A DNA stretch of 64,000 nucleotides from Chiloscyllium plagiosum (lineage: Eukaryota). Below, piece after piece: positions 1 to 11,754 of the stretch (position 1 is its first letter; each line of letters begins with the position of its first letter). Under the pieces are notes generated by a model, which was not told where the DNA came from, made no database searches, and saw only the letters and a program-made list of their open reading frames with translations. A program made the translations under genes and the position numbers. The DNA lies in assembly GCF_004010195.1 (NCBI RefSeq), contig NC_057719.1, positions 62,126,079 through 62,190,078 of the forward strand. The letters are read 5' to 3'.

Positions 1-149
1 CATCTCTTTAAAAATTGAGTGATTACAAATGGAATACTGTGGGAGTGTGGTACAAAACTCAAATACAATACTAATTTCAAACACCATAAAAATGAAAACA
101 TTTTCAGTATCAGCAAAAATACAAGATTATACAAGTCTTTCCTTTATGA

Positions 150-1320
150 CCATAAAATGTAGGACCATAAGTAGGCCATTGGCCCCTTGAGGCCACTCTG
201 CCATTCTTTGAGATTATGGTGGATCTGATAATTTTCAACTTGACTATCCTGCATTTTCTTCATAACCCTTGATTCTCTTAACAATTAGAGGTTAGTCTAC
301 ATCAGCCTTGAATATTGTGAGCAACCAAGTCTCAACAGTCCTTTGTAAAACAACCCCACAGATTCACCACCTTCTTATAGAAGAAATTCCTCCACTTCTC
401 TGTATTCAATGGGTGACTCCATACTCTGAGATTCTGGCCTCTGCTCCTAGACTCTCCCACAAGGGGAAACAATCTCTCCATATCTACTTTGTCCACCCCC
501 TTAAGAATCTTACATTTCAGTAAGGACTCTTCTCACTCTTAAGCTCTGATGAATACAAAACCAACCTACTTAACTTCTCTTCATAAGACAATCCCTCCCT
601 AACCCAGGATGAATTGAGTGAATTTTTTTTAAAAACTGTGGATGCTGTAAATCAGAAACAAAAAGGAAAAGCTCAGCAGGTCTGGCAGAGGAAAGGTCAC
701 TCAACCCGAAATGTTAACCCTGATTTCTCTCCACAGATGCTGCCAGACCTGTTTAGCTTTTCTATGAACTGGGTGAACCTTATATGGGCTGTCTGAAATT
801 CCAGTGTAGCTTTCCTTAGATAAGGGGATCAAAACAGTTCACAAAATTCCAGGTGTGCTTATACCAGTGCCTTGACTAGTTTTAGCAAGACTTCCCTATT
901 TTTACACATCATTTCCTTTGAAATAAAGGTCGACTCTTCATTTGCCTTCTCTATTACTTGCTGAACTTGGATGTCACCTTTTTGGGATTCATGCACTACG
1001 ATCCCCTCCAAGTCCTTCTATTCTGCAGCTTTCTGCAGTCTTTCCCTCTTTAAATAACATTCACCTCTTCTATTTTTCCTGCCAAAGGGCATCACCACAC
1101 ATCTTCTAACATGACATTCCATCTGCCAAGACTTTGCCCACTCATTTAACATGCCTATGTTCCACTTGTAATTACCTTGTACCTTCCTCATTACTTCTCA
1201 TCTATTTTTGTGTCTCCTGCAAACTTAACCACAGCACATCGACTTCCATCATCCAAGACATTGACATATATTGTTAAGCATTATGGCTCCTGTGCCACTC
1301 TACTAGTCACACATTGCACA
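150..1320 (-). mobile_element. Old CR1-clade LINE 3' fragment, interrupted by an insertion at 623-763
   Basis: Reverse complement resembles the CR1 ORF2 C-terminus and 3' tail seen elsewhere in the window (e.g. 57590-58670). Heavily decayed. Confidence 0.75.
623..763. mobile_element. Short Penelope-derived element (family C), inverted arms, degenerate hammerhead remnant
   Basis: 23-bp inverted arms 666-688 / 740-762 with 2 mismatches. Internal GAAAGGTCACTCAACCCGAAATGTT. Imperfect 14-bp TSD ATGAATTGAGTGAA (609-622) / ATGAACTGGGTGAA (764-777). Confidence 0.65.
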
Positions 1321-3879
1321 ACTGCATATCATTGGAAACACATCTAATTATTCCTTGAACTTATTAATTGTCCCTTTCAATGGTCTTTCTACATAATTTA
1401 TTCTGTGAATCAATTGCTTTTTTTGTGAAATGAATTTGCGTATGAAGTTGTTCCAACTTAATGATTTGACAAGCATTTCAATCTTTTGTTTTGCAAGCAA
1501 TCTGATCTACTGATTTTGAAATTTCTGTATGGGCAATAGGAGTGCAAAGTCTGAGTGACATCTGAAGTTCAGCAGAAGCTTGATGTTTTGTCACCTCTGA
1601 AGATTGTGTGGAGTACATATTCATGTGATACACATGAAGCACAATAGACTCATTGGTGGTTCATCAAGAAATTCAGGCTGCACATGGAATGAGAATTTCA
1701 TTATAACATGAATATGAGTTGGCGATTCTCTGGCATTATATCATTTAACTAACATCCTGCCACATTTTCCAGGCTCTTGTATAATTTTATTGGTTGCTTA
1801 AAAAGTGATTAATTATTTTTATTGTAAATAATAATGCTAAATCCTCACACAAACCCGAGCATCAGAATTTGCAACATAACAGAAATCAAACAATAATCAC
1901 CAGTGCTTGATGCCTCATAGACTGCAAGAGCTGTTGTTTTCTAACATGTTTCAGCAATTTGCATAAATAATAGATGTAGGAGAAAGTAGCATTAATGTGA
2001 GATGTTTATAGCCTTGTTATGACATCAGTCTCAATAAATAATCACCAAAAGCAGAATATTTATATTGGGCACTATGCCACTTATTCCAAAGCTGTTTCCA
2101 CAGCCCCATTTGCTGTTCCGTTGTCTGTGAATGAATACGCATTTCTTTAAAAATGAGATCCTACTCAAACTTCTGCATTTGAATACAAAGATAAATTACA
2201 TTTTCGAGATCACAAGCTCACTTTCTTGTCACTTGTAAATGTGGTGCAAATTGCTTTCTCATTGGCATCCTCTTCATAATTTACATTTTCCATGCCAAAT
2301 TGTGGGGGTAAGTGCTGTGCATTTGACACAGTTCCTCTCTATGATGCTACTATCAAACAGAGACTAATCCTTTACACATTCGATTCGATGCTCAGGATAG
2401 TGCTTTTTTTTGGCACCAAAAACGGAACCAGAACTCAAACCTACCTAGTCCCTATGTGTGGGATTGGATGAGTTCATTACAGAAACATAATTGTTGTTCA
2501 GTGATACTGCAATTCTATTGTTGCAGTTTTAGTGTATGGTTATTTAAACTGTGTTGTAAACACATGGAAGGTAACAGATAACAGATAACATTGTAATTGT
2601 ATAAGCTGTTACATAGATAAATTATAGCGTTGTTCTTGACTGATGAAGATGAAACATCAGAATATAGAATTATAAAAAAGTAATCCAATCATTTCGCTGC
2701 ACACATTAAAAATAACAAAACATTTTCCTGAATAAATGGGATTTTTGATACTTTAGCTGGGTAACGTATTCAAGGTTGTACTGAGAACCATCAGAGCATT
2801 TGCATTGTAATCCACTCATGCATCTGCTTTTAAGACTCATTATCGTGAGTACGCGCAACTGCACGTTTCTAACAAAACAAATGCTTTACTCCAACAAATT
2901 GATTGCAAATATTGTGTCCCTTTATCAAATAAAGTGCAACTGTTCCACTGCCATGAATTATTAACAGATTTATATTAAGGGAATACATAATAATTGCAGT
3001 GTGGTTACAGTACATTAGACTTAATGATAATGACTTGTGAAAGCAAATGTATTATCATAGATTTGAATCTAAATATTCAGTTTGGTACCACTTTAATGCA
3101 TACAGTTCACCCACCAGAAAGAACAGCAAGTGTGGTATGCATGTCCTGAATATGTAATCAATTAAAGGGTGTTTATTGGGGATTGATAGGACTTATTTTC
3201 TTAACTGGGAATTCTGATCTTGCAAAGGACTGTAGCTCATCACAATGAAAATATTTTCTTTTTAATTAGTGGAAGAGACCAACAACAGATGATCAGGAAT
3301 TGTTCCCTTTTAAATCTTGTATGATAGGTTCAAAGTAAATTATTAATGCATTAATGTCATTGAAAAATCAATGAAGAGTATCATATCAAATTGAAGGATA
3401 AGCAATAAATTTTATTTTGCTTGTTTAATATGAATAACATCTTGAATGTATATTACCAAAATAATCACACTGCTGTTTTATTACAATGATGAAACCAGTT
3501 CTTCTGAACCGTGCTTCATAGATTGAGTTTAAAAAATAGGTAACCCAGCCACAAGTCTTTTTCGCCTTTTCCAGCAATGTAAATTCATATTAGAATATTG
3601 ATATTAGAAGCATAAACAGTGGATCATTTACTGCAGCCTAATGGGGCGCTTGGCTGGAGTTAAATAGACTTCACGATATGCTTCAACAGCAAAATAAAAG
3701 TGTTCAGAATAAATATGCTGGAAATGCTAACGACTTCGCACGTTTCACTTTCCCTGCGAAGTCATCTCTTGTTCAGCTTCTCAAATGGATAGATTAATGA
3801 TATTCCTTCCTGGGAGTTGCACAACCAGTGAAACATGTTTACGGAGCCTGAAACAGTAAGTAAGGAGCAGAACGGGACG

Positions 3880-4600
3880 GGATTTCTAACAGATAGTGGT
3901 GTAAATTCTCAGCGGGCAGCCCCCCATGTGATTCCTGCCGTGGAGCAGGATTGGAAAGAGGAGGAGGGGGGTTGGTGGGAGACATGCGCACAGTCTGTGT
4001 GTGCCTGGGAGACGGGAGAGCACGCCTGAGCGCTCTCTCTCTCTGCTCACTTACACTCGGGCAGCCTGCTGTATCACTGCCTCTCCCGTTACACAGAAGG
4101 TCCCTTGGAGCTGATCTGTGATCCCTCACACACACATACAGCCCTCTCGGAGTTCCTGTTTCCGCCAAATACTGCCTGACGCGATCAAATACCAGTGGAT
4201 CCTCCGTCTAATGTGCATATTCACATACACAGAAAACATTCTTCAACCAAACAGGGAGAGAAAGCGACCTCGAGTAGCCGAGCAGAGCCCGGAGCCTCCC
4301 TGACCCGGAGTGGCAGGTCTGTACTCTGTGTGTGTGTGTATATGTCGCTGCTTTTACTCCGCTCCGCGGGCAGGGATGAACACTGCAAGCCAAGCTGGAG
4401 CTGTCTGGAGCCGGCCCTGCTGCTTCTTGCTGCTGCTGCCGCTCCTCCCAGGAAATAGCGGTCGGCAGCTTTAGACATCATCATTATCCACCCCCATCTG
4501 CTTTACCGTTAACTCCAATCCGGGCCCGGGCTTCCTCAGTGTTGGCATAACACTGTGCGGGGAAGGGGGGGAAAGGCAGTGGGATTTAACAGTGCGCTGG
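3880..4600 (+). promoter_or_regulatory. GC/CpG-rich promoter and probable non-coding first exon of an unidentified gene
   Basis: Sharp local rise in GC and CpG in non-repeat sequence. GGAGGAGGGGGG (SP/KLF/MAZ-like) at ~3961, CATGCGCA (NRF1-like) at ~3983, CT/CA tracts. Possible donor CAG|GTCTGT at 4316/4317. Downstream sequence looks T-rich on +, consistent with a + strand intron. Confidence 0.6.
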
Positions 4601-6450
4601 GGCTTGGAAGGATTTGCTTTTTGAAGAAGGCCTTTTCCTTGTAGTTTTTTTTTGTTTGCTGATTCTCTTAATACGATGAATCAGGTTATTTATCCCAGGC
4701 AGATGGGAATAAACATGAGTTCTTTGCCTCTGATCTGTAATCTGTCAAGTATTCAAAAGTCAATAAGGATTTTTTTTGAAGGGGAATTAATTTGGACGAA
4801 ATGTTTTTTTAAACAAAAAGAAAATTCTGTGTAGTTTTAATTTCTAATGAGCATGTTTACATCTGGGAAGGAAACATTTTACTCTATACGTCAGACAGGA
4901 ATGACTGTGAAGTTTCCCTGGGTGGGTGTTTAAAGGTGGGTTTACGTTTAAAAATTGGTCACTTTTTTTGTGTGAACTAACGGGATTCGAGATATTCCAC
5001 AAGGGGAGTAAGAGGTGGGTTATCCGCTGTATCTCCTCCTCCGTTGTAACTGTGCTGGGTTAGATACAATATCTGAATAGACGCGTGTGGGTTTCCAAGT
5101 TCAAAATAACCCCTTCTGACGGGAGAAGCGTTAAGAACTCAGGAAGTACTCCAGAGTTCTGGATTAAACCGAAAGGAGCAGCGATGTTTTGGCGGAGACT
5201 AATGTAAACTTTCAGTTTGGAATGTATTCAGGTCGTGACCCAGATGAATAACTAAATATGTAATTTAATTCCCCAGATCTTGGGGTGAGAGTGGGCGCTT
5301 GTTAATTTGGGGAGTTGAAGGGGAGGAAGGCGACTGTCTCTGTGAAATGAATAGCGCAAAGAGGAGATTGATTTGTCTGCTCTCTAGGGGACAGACGGAA
5401 TGGGTGTATGCAAAGCTTGGAGTGAGCCTAGAAGTGCTGGCGAGGGTTGAGTTAAAAGCGGGAAAGGAGCAGTGAAATGAAGGTGGAGCGTGTAAGTAGG
5501 TTTTATGGTCATTTCAGTCAAACTCTTGGGCTGTGGTCTGTCCCACCACCGGGACAGGTAGGACTTGAAGCCGGATCTTGCCCGTGTGATAGTTTTTTTT
5601 AAGTTTTGCTGTCAAACTGCGAACTGCTGAAACTGCCATAGTCTTGAAAGAATCAGCATAAGGAGAAGATCTGAGTTTGATTAAATGCTGCGAATGTAAA
5701 TAATGTGTTTCCTGGTTTAAACCAGGAAAGTAAGTTCGGAGTGATAAGCAAATGAATTTAATCAGATATTAAGAATGTAATGTTTAAACAGCACAGAAGC
5801 AAGCCATTCAGCCCACTGTGTCAGAGGTGACTCTTTGAAAGAACTATCCAATACTTCATAGCCCTCTGCTCTTTTCCTAAAGCCCTGCAATTTTTGTTTT
5901 CTTACGATTTTATGCCATTCGTTGTTGTAAGTTCCCATTGTGTCTGCTTCCTCTGCTGTCTTCGGCATTGCAGTGCATATCAGGTGATGGATGATGACAG
6001 CAACCCAATGATCAGGGAAGTTGAAGTAAAACCATTAGGGCCCTTCAAAATGGCTTGGATTTGAATGACGTTTCTTGTGTACTTAGTATTCTCTCAGAAT
6101 TGCCTATATAATTTTAATCACTGCTTTTTTTAAAAAAAGTGTTGCAAACGTGATACTTACACCTGAATGCCACATTGTAAGTGTATGAAATGCAACATCA
6201 GATTGTTATTTGCTGAACAGAGTAAAGTTTATTTTGATTTCCATTGAGAAAATGTTAGATATTACAAGTCTTTGGACTGATCTTTTGCTGAAATCTGTGC
6301 CTCAAATCAATATGATGCTGTTTTCATAAGCAAAGCAGTGCATTAATAAAGCAGAGCTGAAAGTAAAATCTGACTAAGTTTTAGGCTGAGAGACTGTTTA
6401 AAATTAAAGTGCTTTTACATTTAAATAGTGCTTTATAGGTACTTGATGGC

Positions 6451-6519
6451 TGTAACCAGGGAAACAATGTGTTTGTAACCAGGGAAACAATGTGTTTGTA
6501 ACTAGGGAAACAATGTGTT
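6451..6519. repeat. 23-bp tandem repeat x3 (TGTAACCAGGGAAACAATGTGTT)
   Basis: Three consecutive copies, one substitution in the third. Confidence 0.95.
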
Positions 6520-7179
6520 ATCTTTGTATTTAACTTAGTTGGTGCCGAAGAGAGTGATTTCTAACTTCGTTGCCAATGAGAAATTATATTGATGGGCTTG
6601 ACCAAAATTTTAGCCTCACAATGAATGGATATTACAGTATACAGATCACAATTGATGAGTGTGCCAAATAAGTGATAATTTGTTTCAGATTTTACATTAT
6701 TCAGTCAATTGCTTTGGACTTATCAGGTGACTGGTCTGGTGGGACAGCAGTTATGAGGAAAGCCTGTCTATATTTTTTGATTTTGGTGGCTTTTAAACTG
6801 TGATTAAAAACCTGTTCCATTTTTGCAGTGGGTTGCCTTCAGCAGTTCTTGTCTAGGTATTATTACTACCAAGAGTACTTGGTGGCAGGCAGTAGATGTT
6901 GGAAGATGAAATAGCTACTCCTGGTACAGGAGGTAGAAGTTCAGATTTAGAACAAGGTTTCCATATAATGTCTTTTGTTTTCGATTAGGCAGTATCTGAC
7001 TAGATACAGAGAAATGTATTTCTTTCTTAATTTTGAGCTCCGAAAACAATGTAGTGAGTGAATTAATTGGTCAAACAGATATCATCAGGCAAGTGCCATC
7101 ATCAGCCCAATGGCTTTTCCATATGCATAGAACTCTTCAATTCAGATAAGTTAAATAAATGATGTGTGTACAAGACCAG

Positions 7180-7700
7180 GTCAGAAGCTGGGCATTCTGC
7201 AGTGAGTAACTCATCTCCTGACTTCCCAAGGTCTGCCTACCATCTACAAGACATAAATCAGAGGAATACCTTCCTCTGAAGGCAGCTCCAATGACACTGA
7301 GTCCTGACATCATTTAAGACAATGCAGCCTGATTGATTAGTCACTCCACCTATCACTTTTGGTTCACTCCCTTCATAACCAGGCAAAAGTGGGTACTGCA
7401 GATGCTGGAAATCAGAGTCTGGATTTGAGTGGTGCTGGAAAAGCACAGCAGGTCAGGTAGCATCCGAGGTGCAGGAAAATCGATGTTTCGGGCAAAAGCC
7501 CTTCATCCCTTCATAACCAGTACACAATGGCAGCAGTGATTTCCCACCTACAGGATGCATTGCAACAAATCGCCCAGTCTCCATTGACAGCACCTTCCAA
7601 AGCCCCAACCTCTGCAAGCAAATAGTTTGGGACAGTAGATGCACAGGAACAGCTTGACCTGGAAGTGCTTCTCTAACCCATATGTGATTTGATTTGAGAA
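7180..7700 (+). mobile_element. Old unclassified LINE-like 3' fragment, interrupted at 7383-7505
   Basis: Related sequence recurs at ~15120-15400 (+) and ~60545-60840 (-), e.g. the ...CCTGGAAGT(G)CT(T)CTC(T/C)AA segment. Confidence 0.55.
7383..7505 (-). mobile_element. Short Penelope-derived element (family A), truncated within the hammerhead core
   Basis: Matches the 3' part of 63147-63504. Perfect 15-bp TSD TCCCTTCATAACCAG at 7368-7382 and 7506-7520. Confidence 0.85.
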
Positions 7701-8209
7701 ACAGAATTGGGTACTGTTGACTTGGGTTGGGAAGCTGGCTATAAAGCTTTTTGTGATGTTGCCAAGGTGTAGGACATAAATGATGAAGATAATGAGACCA
7801 AAGCTAGATCTTTGTGACAGGGATGTTGGAAAGAGAAGCCAGTGTTGGAGAAATACTTCAGCTTCTGATTGATGTCGTGGAACTGAGTGAGGGCAGTCGC
7901 ATTGAGTTGACTTTTGGGAGAGAGTCACGAGAAGAGGTTTATCTGGTGTGGTGTGAGGATGAATATTGCAAATTGCTGCATAAAATTCAATGTGCCACAA
8001 ATGCTGAGCAGGCCTAGATGTTGGTGTTGTCATTGAGTGCAGTGAGATACAGTTTGTCAGATCTGTGAGAGGCAAAACTAGGATGTGATGCAACTGAGCT
8101 GTGAAGGGAGAGTTTCAGACTTTACAATGACACTTCTCCAGGTACCTTGTTACCCGAAACTTGCACTCTACTTGGCTGGGGTGACTTGATGGGGTTTGTG
8201 AGGGAAGAA

Positions 8210-8533
8210 GGGGCGGCACAATGGCACAGTGGTTAGCACTGCTGCCTCACAGCGCCAGAGACCCGGGTTCAATTCCCGACTCAGGCGACTGACTGTGTGG
8301 AGTTTGCACATTCTCCCCGTGTCTGCGTGGGTTTCCTTCGGGTGCTCCGGTTTCCTCCCACAGTCCAAAGATGTGCAGGTCAGGTGAATTGGCCATGCTA
8401 AATTGCCTGTAGTGTTAGGTAAAGGGGTAAATGTGCGGGAATGGGAGGGTTACGCTTCGGCGGGTCGGTGTGGACTTGTTGGGCCGAAGGGCCTGTTTCC
8501 ACACTGTAAGTAATCTAATCTAATCTAATCTAA
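8210..8533 (+). mobile_element. HE1-type tRNA-derived SINE, full length
   Basis: Pol III A box TGGCACAGTGG, B box GGTTCAATTCC, conserved core GTGTGGAGTTTGCACATTCTCCCCGTG, (TAATC)n tail. Confidence 0.9.
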
Positions 8534-8559
8534 TTGAGAACTAGCCTGAAACCCTATAC

Positions 8560-9098
8560 AGTCATAGAGATTTTCAGCATGGAAACAGACTCTTTGGTCC
8601 AATTCATCCATGCCAACCAGATATCCTAAACTAATCTAGTCCCATTTGCCAGCACTTAGCCCATATCCGTCTAAACTCTTTCTATTCATATACCCATCCA
8701 GATGCCTTTTAAATGTTTTAATTGTACCTGTTTCCACCACTTCCTCTGGAAGCTCATTCCATACAAGCACCACTGTCTGTGTGAAAAGGTTGCCCTTTAG
8801 GTCCCTTTTTAAATTTTTCCCTTTTCACCCTAAACCTATGCTGTCTAGTTCTGGACCCCCTCCCCCCCCCCCCCCCCCCCTCCCCCCACTCCAGGGAAAA
8901 GACATTGCCTGTTTACCTTATCCATGCCCCTCATGATTTTGTAAACTTCTAAGGTCACGCCTCAGCCTCCGATGCTTCAGGGCAAACAGCCCCAGCCTAT
9001 TCAGCCTCTCCCTGTAGCTCAAACCCTCCTATACTGGCAACATTCTTGTTAATCTTTTCTGAACCCTTTCAGTTTCACAACATTCTTCCGATAGGAGA
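8560..9098 (-). mobile_element. CR1/HER1-type LINE 3' fragment with expanded poly-C tract (~8866-8888)
   Basis: Reverse complement of the CR1 ORF2 end and 3' UTR seen at 26697-27352. Confidence 0.85.
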
Positions 9099-9543
9099 GA
9101 ATAAAGATTTTTACAAAATACATTAAAATCAGAGATTATCTATGACATGCAAACTTTTCTTAATATGCTGAATGTTGCAATGCTGCTATATTCGTATTTA
9201 TTCTCGGGCATGTTACTTTTCAAGCCTCAAAACGGGGTTAGATTAAAAATGATTTGGGAAGCATTGCTTTGGCTGAAAAGGAATACATAAGATATGATGT
9301 CTTTATGATTGAAGGGGCAGTTTTGAGTTTTGTCATAATGTCATACAAGAAGCACAATCAGAAGTTTAAAGTGTTATGTTTGCATGACAAAGAGTAGGGA
9401 AATGTTCAGATTTTATAAAATGCCACACCTGGGTTGTGCCTCAGAGTCACTTTGCTCTTTAAGGTATTCAAAGTGAACTTGAATGGAATTGAAAGTGACA
9501 AATTTTTGTTTTTGGTCATTCATGTTGCTTGCTTATGTCATAC

Positions 9544-9635
9544 TATCACCTGATGAAGGAGCATCGCTCCGAAAGCTCGTGTGCTTCCAATTAAACCTGT
9601 TGGACTATAACCTGGTGTTGTGAGATTTTTAACTG
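9544..9635 (+). mobile_element. Short Penelope-derived element (family B) carrying an intact hammerhead motif
   Basis: 8-bp TSD TGTCATAC at 9536-9543 and 9636-9643. Family recurs at 18359, 27431, 44693, 50803 and 61572. Confidence 0.85.
9547..9581 (+). ncRNA. Minimal type-I hammerhead ribozyme motif (family B)
   Basis: CAC-CTGATGA-A-GGAGC-ATC-GCTCC-GAA-AGCT-C-GTG: stem I CAC/GTG, 5-bp stem II, palindromic AGCT stem III, predicted cleavage after C9578. Confidence 0.8.
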
Positions 9636-11441
9636 TGTCATACAAGGTGTTGTCTAATTTTGAGAAATGCCATAGGGTTAGGATTAATGTGGTATATATG
9701 TAATCATGGAAGGTGATGTCATAGGGAAGTCATATAATATTACATGGCCTTGCTCTATCTTTCAGCTTTGTGGTATGATGAAGCCAAAGTGAGATATTTC
9801 TTAAAGTTAACATTTTCTGTTCATCTGACATTAAATATTCTCTCACAGCAGAAGACCAAACATGACATAGTTTGTAAAGTCAGATTGTGATAAGATTAAA
9901 CTGTCAGAATTAACATTCATTGTTCATAGCACTGGATACAGATGGCACACCCAACCTGTTTTGGGGTTGCTACTTAAATATTAACACAGGAATTTAACTT
10001 CCTGAAAAAACAAAGAAATGATGATTCAACATTATTTTTCAGCCATTCTTGGAATGTTGAGACACTAGTATTTCCAAGAGCGAATGGAACTTTTTTTTAC
10101 GGCACCAAACTCCTTTGTGAAATCATTTGGTTTTAAAGTTTGTGGAAAGCTTCAAAATCAAGAGCTAAATTGAGGTAACGATCAGTTGGCCAATTCATAC
10201 CCAGCCTAGAAAGAATACTATGATAGGAAAGATTAATTGTTTCATTTTTGTTGCTGTTTTTTACATCAGTGGAATATAAAATTGTTGTCTTTTTTGCCAA
10301 GTTCCAAACTGGAAAAGAAGTTTGGAGCAGAAGATGCCTAAAATTCTCGGTGGAACTTGCCCTTATTAATTAAAGCCTGCACATCATAACGCAAGCTAAT
10401 GGGGAAAAGAGACTGACTTTTTAAAATCAGACTTCCGTTATCTGGTCTGTCTGACAGAAATTCCCAGTTGGCTACATCCAATGTTGGACTGTTGTCAAAA
10501 AGCAGCTGAGAGATGTTTCTACAAGTAAATCAAGCAGTAGAGAGATACATGTGCTGTTGGGCCACTTCAGAATAAAGATTCACATAAGCTGGGTGCTGTA
10601 TGTTTCTCTTATTGATTTGGTCAGATTTGGTTTTGAATTTAGTGTCCCGTGTGGGACTGCAAACATCTTTTTTTAAAACCTTGTGAATACTGTGGATTTG
10701 GATTGTATGGCTGCCCGTGAACCAACCCTTTCAGTCTCCCTGAAACCTGCCCTCTGGGTTAGACATGCAGATTTTGTGGTGGGAAACTGGCACTGGCAGA
10801 ATTATCTTCTCAGGGGGAAAGGCCATGGTCAGTCATCATTATGTGAGGACTTGGTGCCTGATTGAGGGCGTGAATGTGCTGAGAGGCAAGCCTCTGCCTT
10901 TGCTTTGAAACCCCTGCTCTCCTTAATCTCTGCAACCCATTTTTATATGAAACTTGTCATGCGTTAAATATAGCCAGGATTGTCCTGTGATCCTGCGACT
11001 CTGGAAGCTGACTTTCTGACAGCATCCGTGGCCTCCCCAGTGGCACTGGTGAGTGCAAGAGCTACTGTCCTCTGGCTCTCAGTGAGGTGAGACCTTAGCC
11101 CTGAACCCCTCAACAAGATTCCACTTCGCTTTTGCCAAGAGAGTTAACTTGCTCAGATTTCTTTATTCGCATACGGCCATGAATGAGCTTGTTGAGGGGA
11201 GAGATTTGGATTTTAGTTTCGAGGTGCAATTCTGTGCGCTGTCAGAGCCACAGCACAGAGAAGACAGTGGCGATGTAGCAGGAAGCCCTCTATATGACAG
11301 GACCAGAACAAAAAGCAGCAACGCTAAAGAGAAAAAGCTGTGAGGATGTCGACATAGTCTCGGCACCAGCAATAAATCAGAATTGTTATGGCAGCAAACA
11401 ATCGCCAATGTAAACTGGATTTGACTCGGGATGAATTAAAA

Positions 11442-11754
11442 GGGCAGCACGGTGGCTCAGTGTTTAGCACTGCTCCCTCACGGCGCCAGGGATTCAGGTT
11501 CGATTCCAGCCTCAGGTCACTCTCTGTGTGGAGTTTGCACATTCTCCCGGTGCCAGTGTAGGTTTCCTCTGGGTTCTTCCCATAGTCCAAAGATGTGCAG
11601 GTCAGGTGAATTGGCCATTCTAAATTGCTCATAGTATTACGTGCATTAGTCAGAGGGAAATAAGTTTGGATTGGGTTACTCTTCGGAGGGTCGGTGTGGA
11701 CTTGTTGGGCCGAAGGGCCTGTTTCCAAACTGTAGGGAATCTAATCTAATCTAA
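11442..11754 (+). mobile_element. HE1-type SINE, full length
   Basis: A box TGGCTCAGTG, B box GGTTCGATTCC, same core and (TAATC)n tail as 8210-8533. Confidence 0.9.

Noticed and set aside
3835-4484. Several short ORFs over the promoter region
   Set aside because: No recognisable protein. Overlapping ORFs on both strands are expected in GC-rich sequence.
7548-8093. Longest ORF in the track (181 aa, minus)
   Set aside because: Spans decayed repeat sequence, with no recognisable domain or splice context.
8210-8285. tRNA gene
   Set aside because: A and B boxes belong to the HE1 SINE head and continue into the SINE core and tail. Same for 11442 and the minus-strand copies.
11020-11054. Strong donor CTG|GTGAGT
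   Set aside because: No convincing upstream acceptor or promoter. Isolated donors are common by chance.
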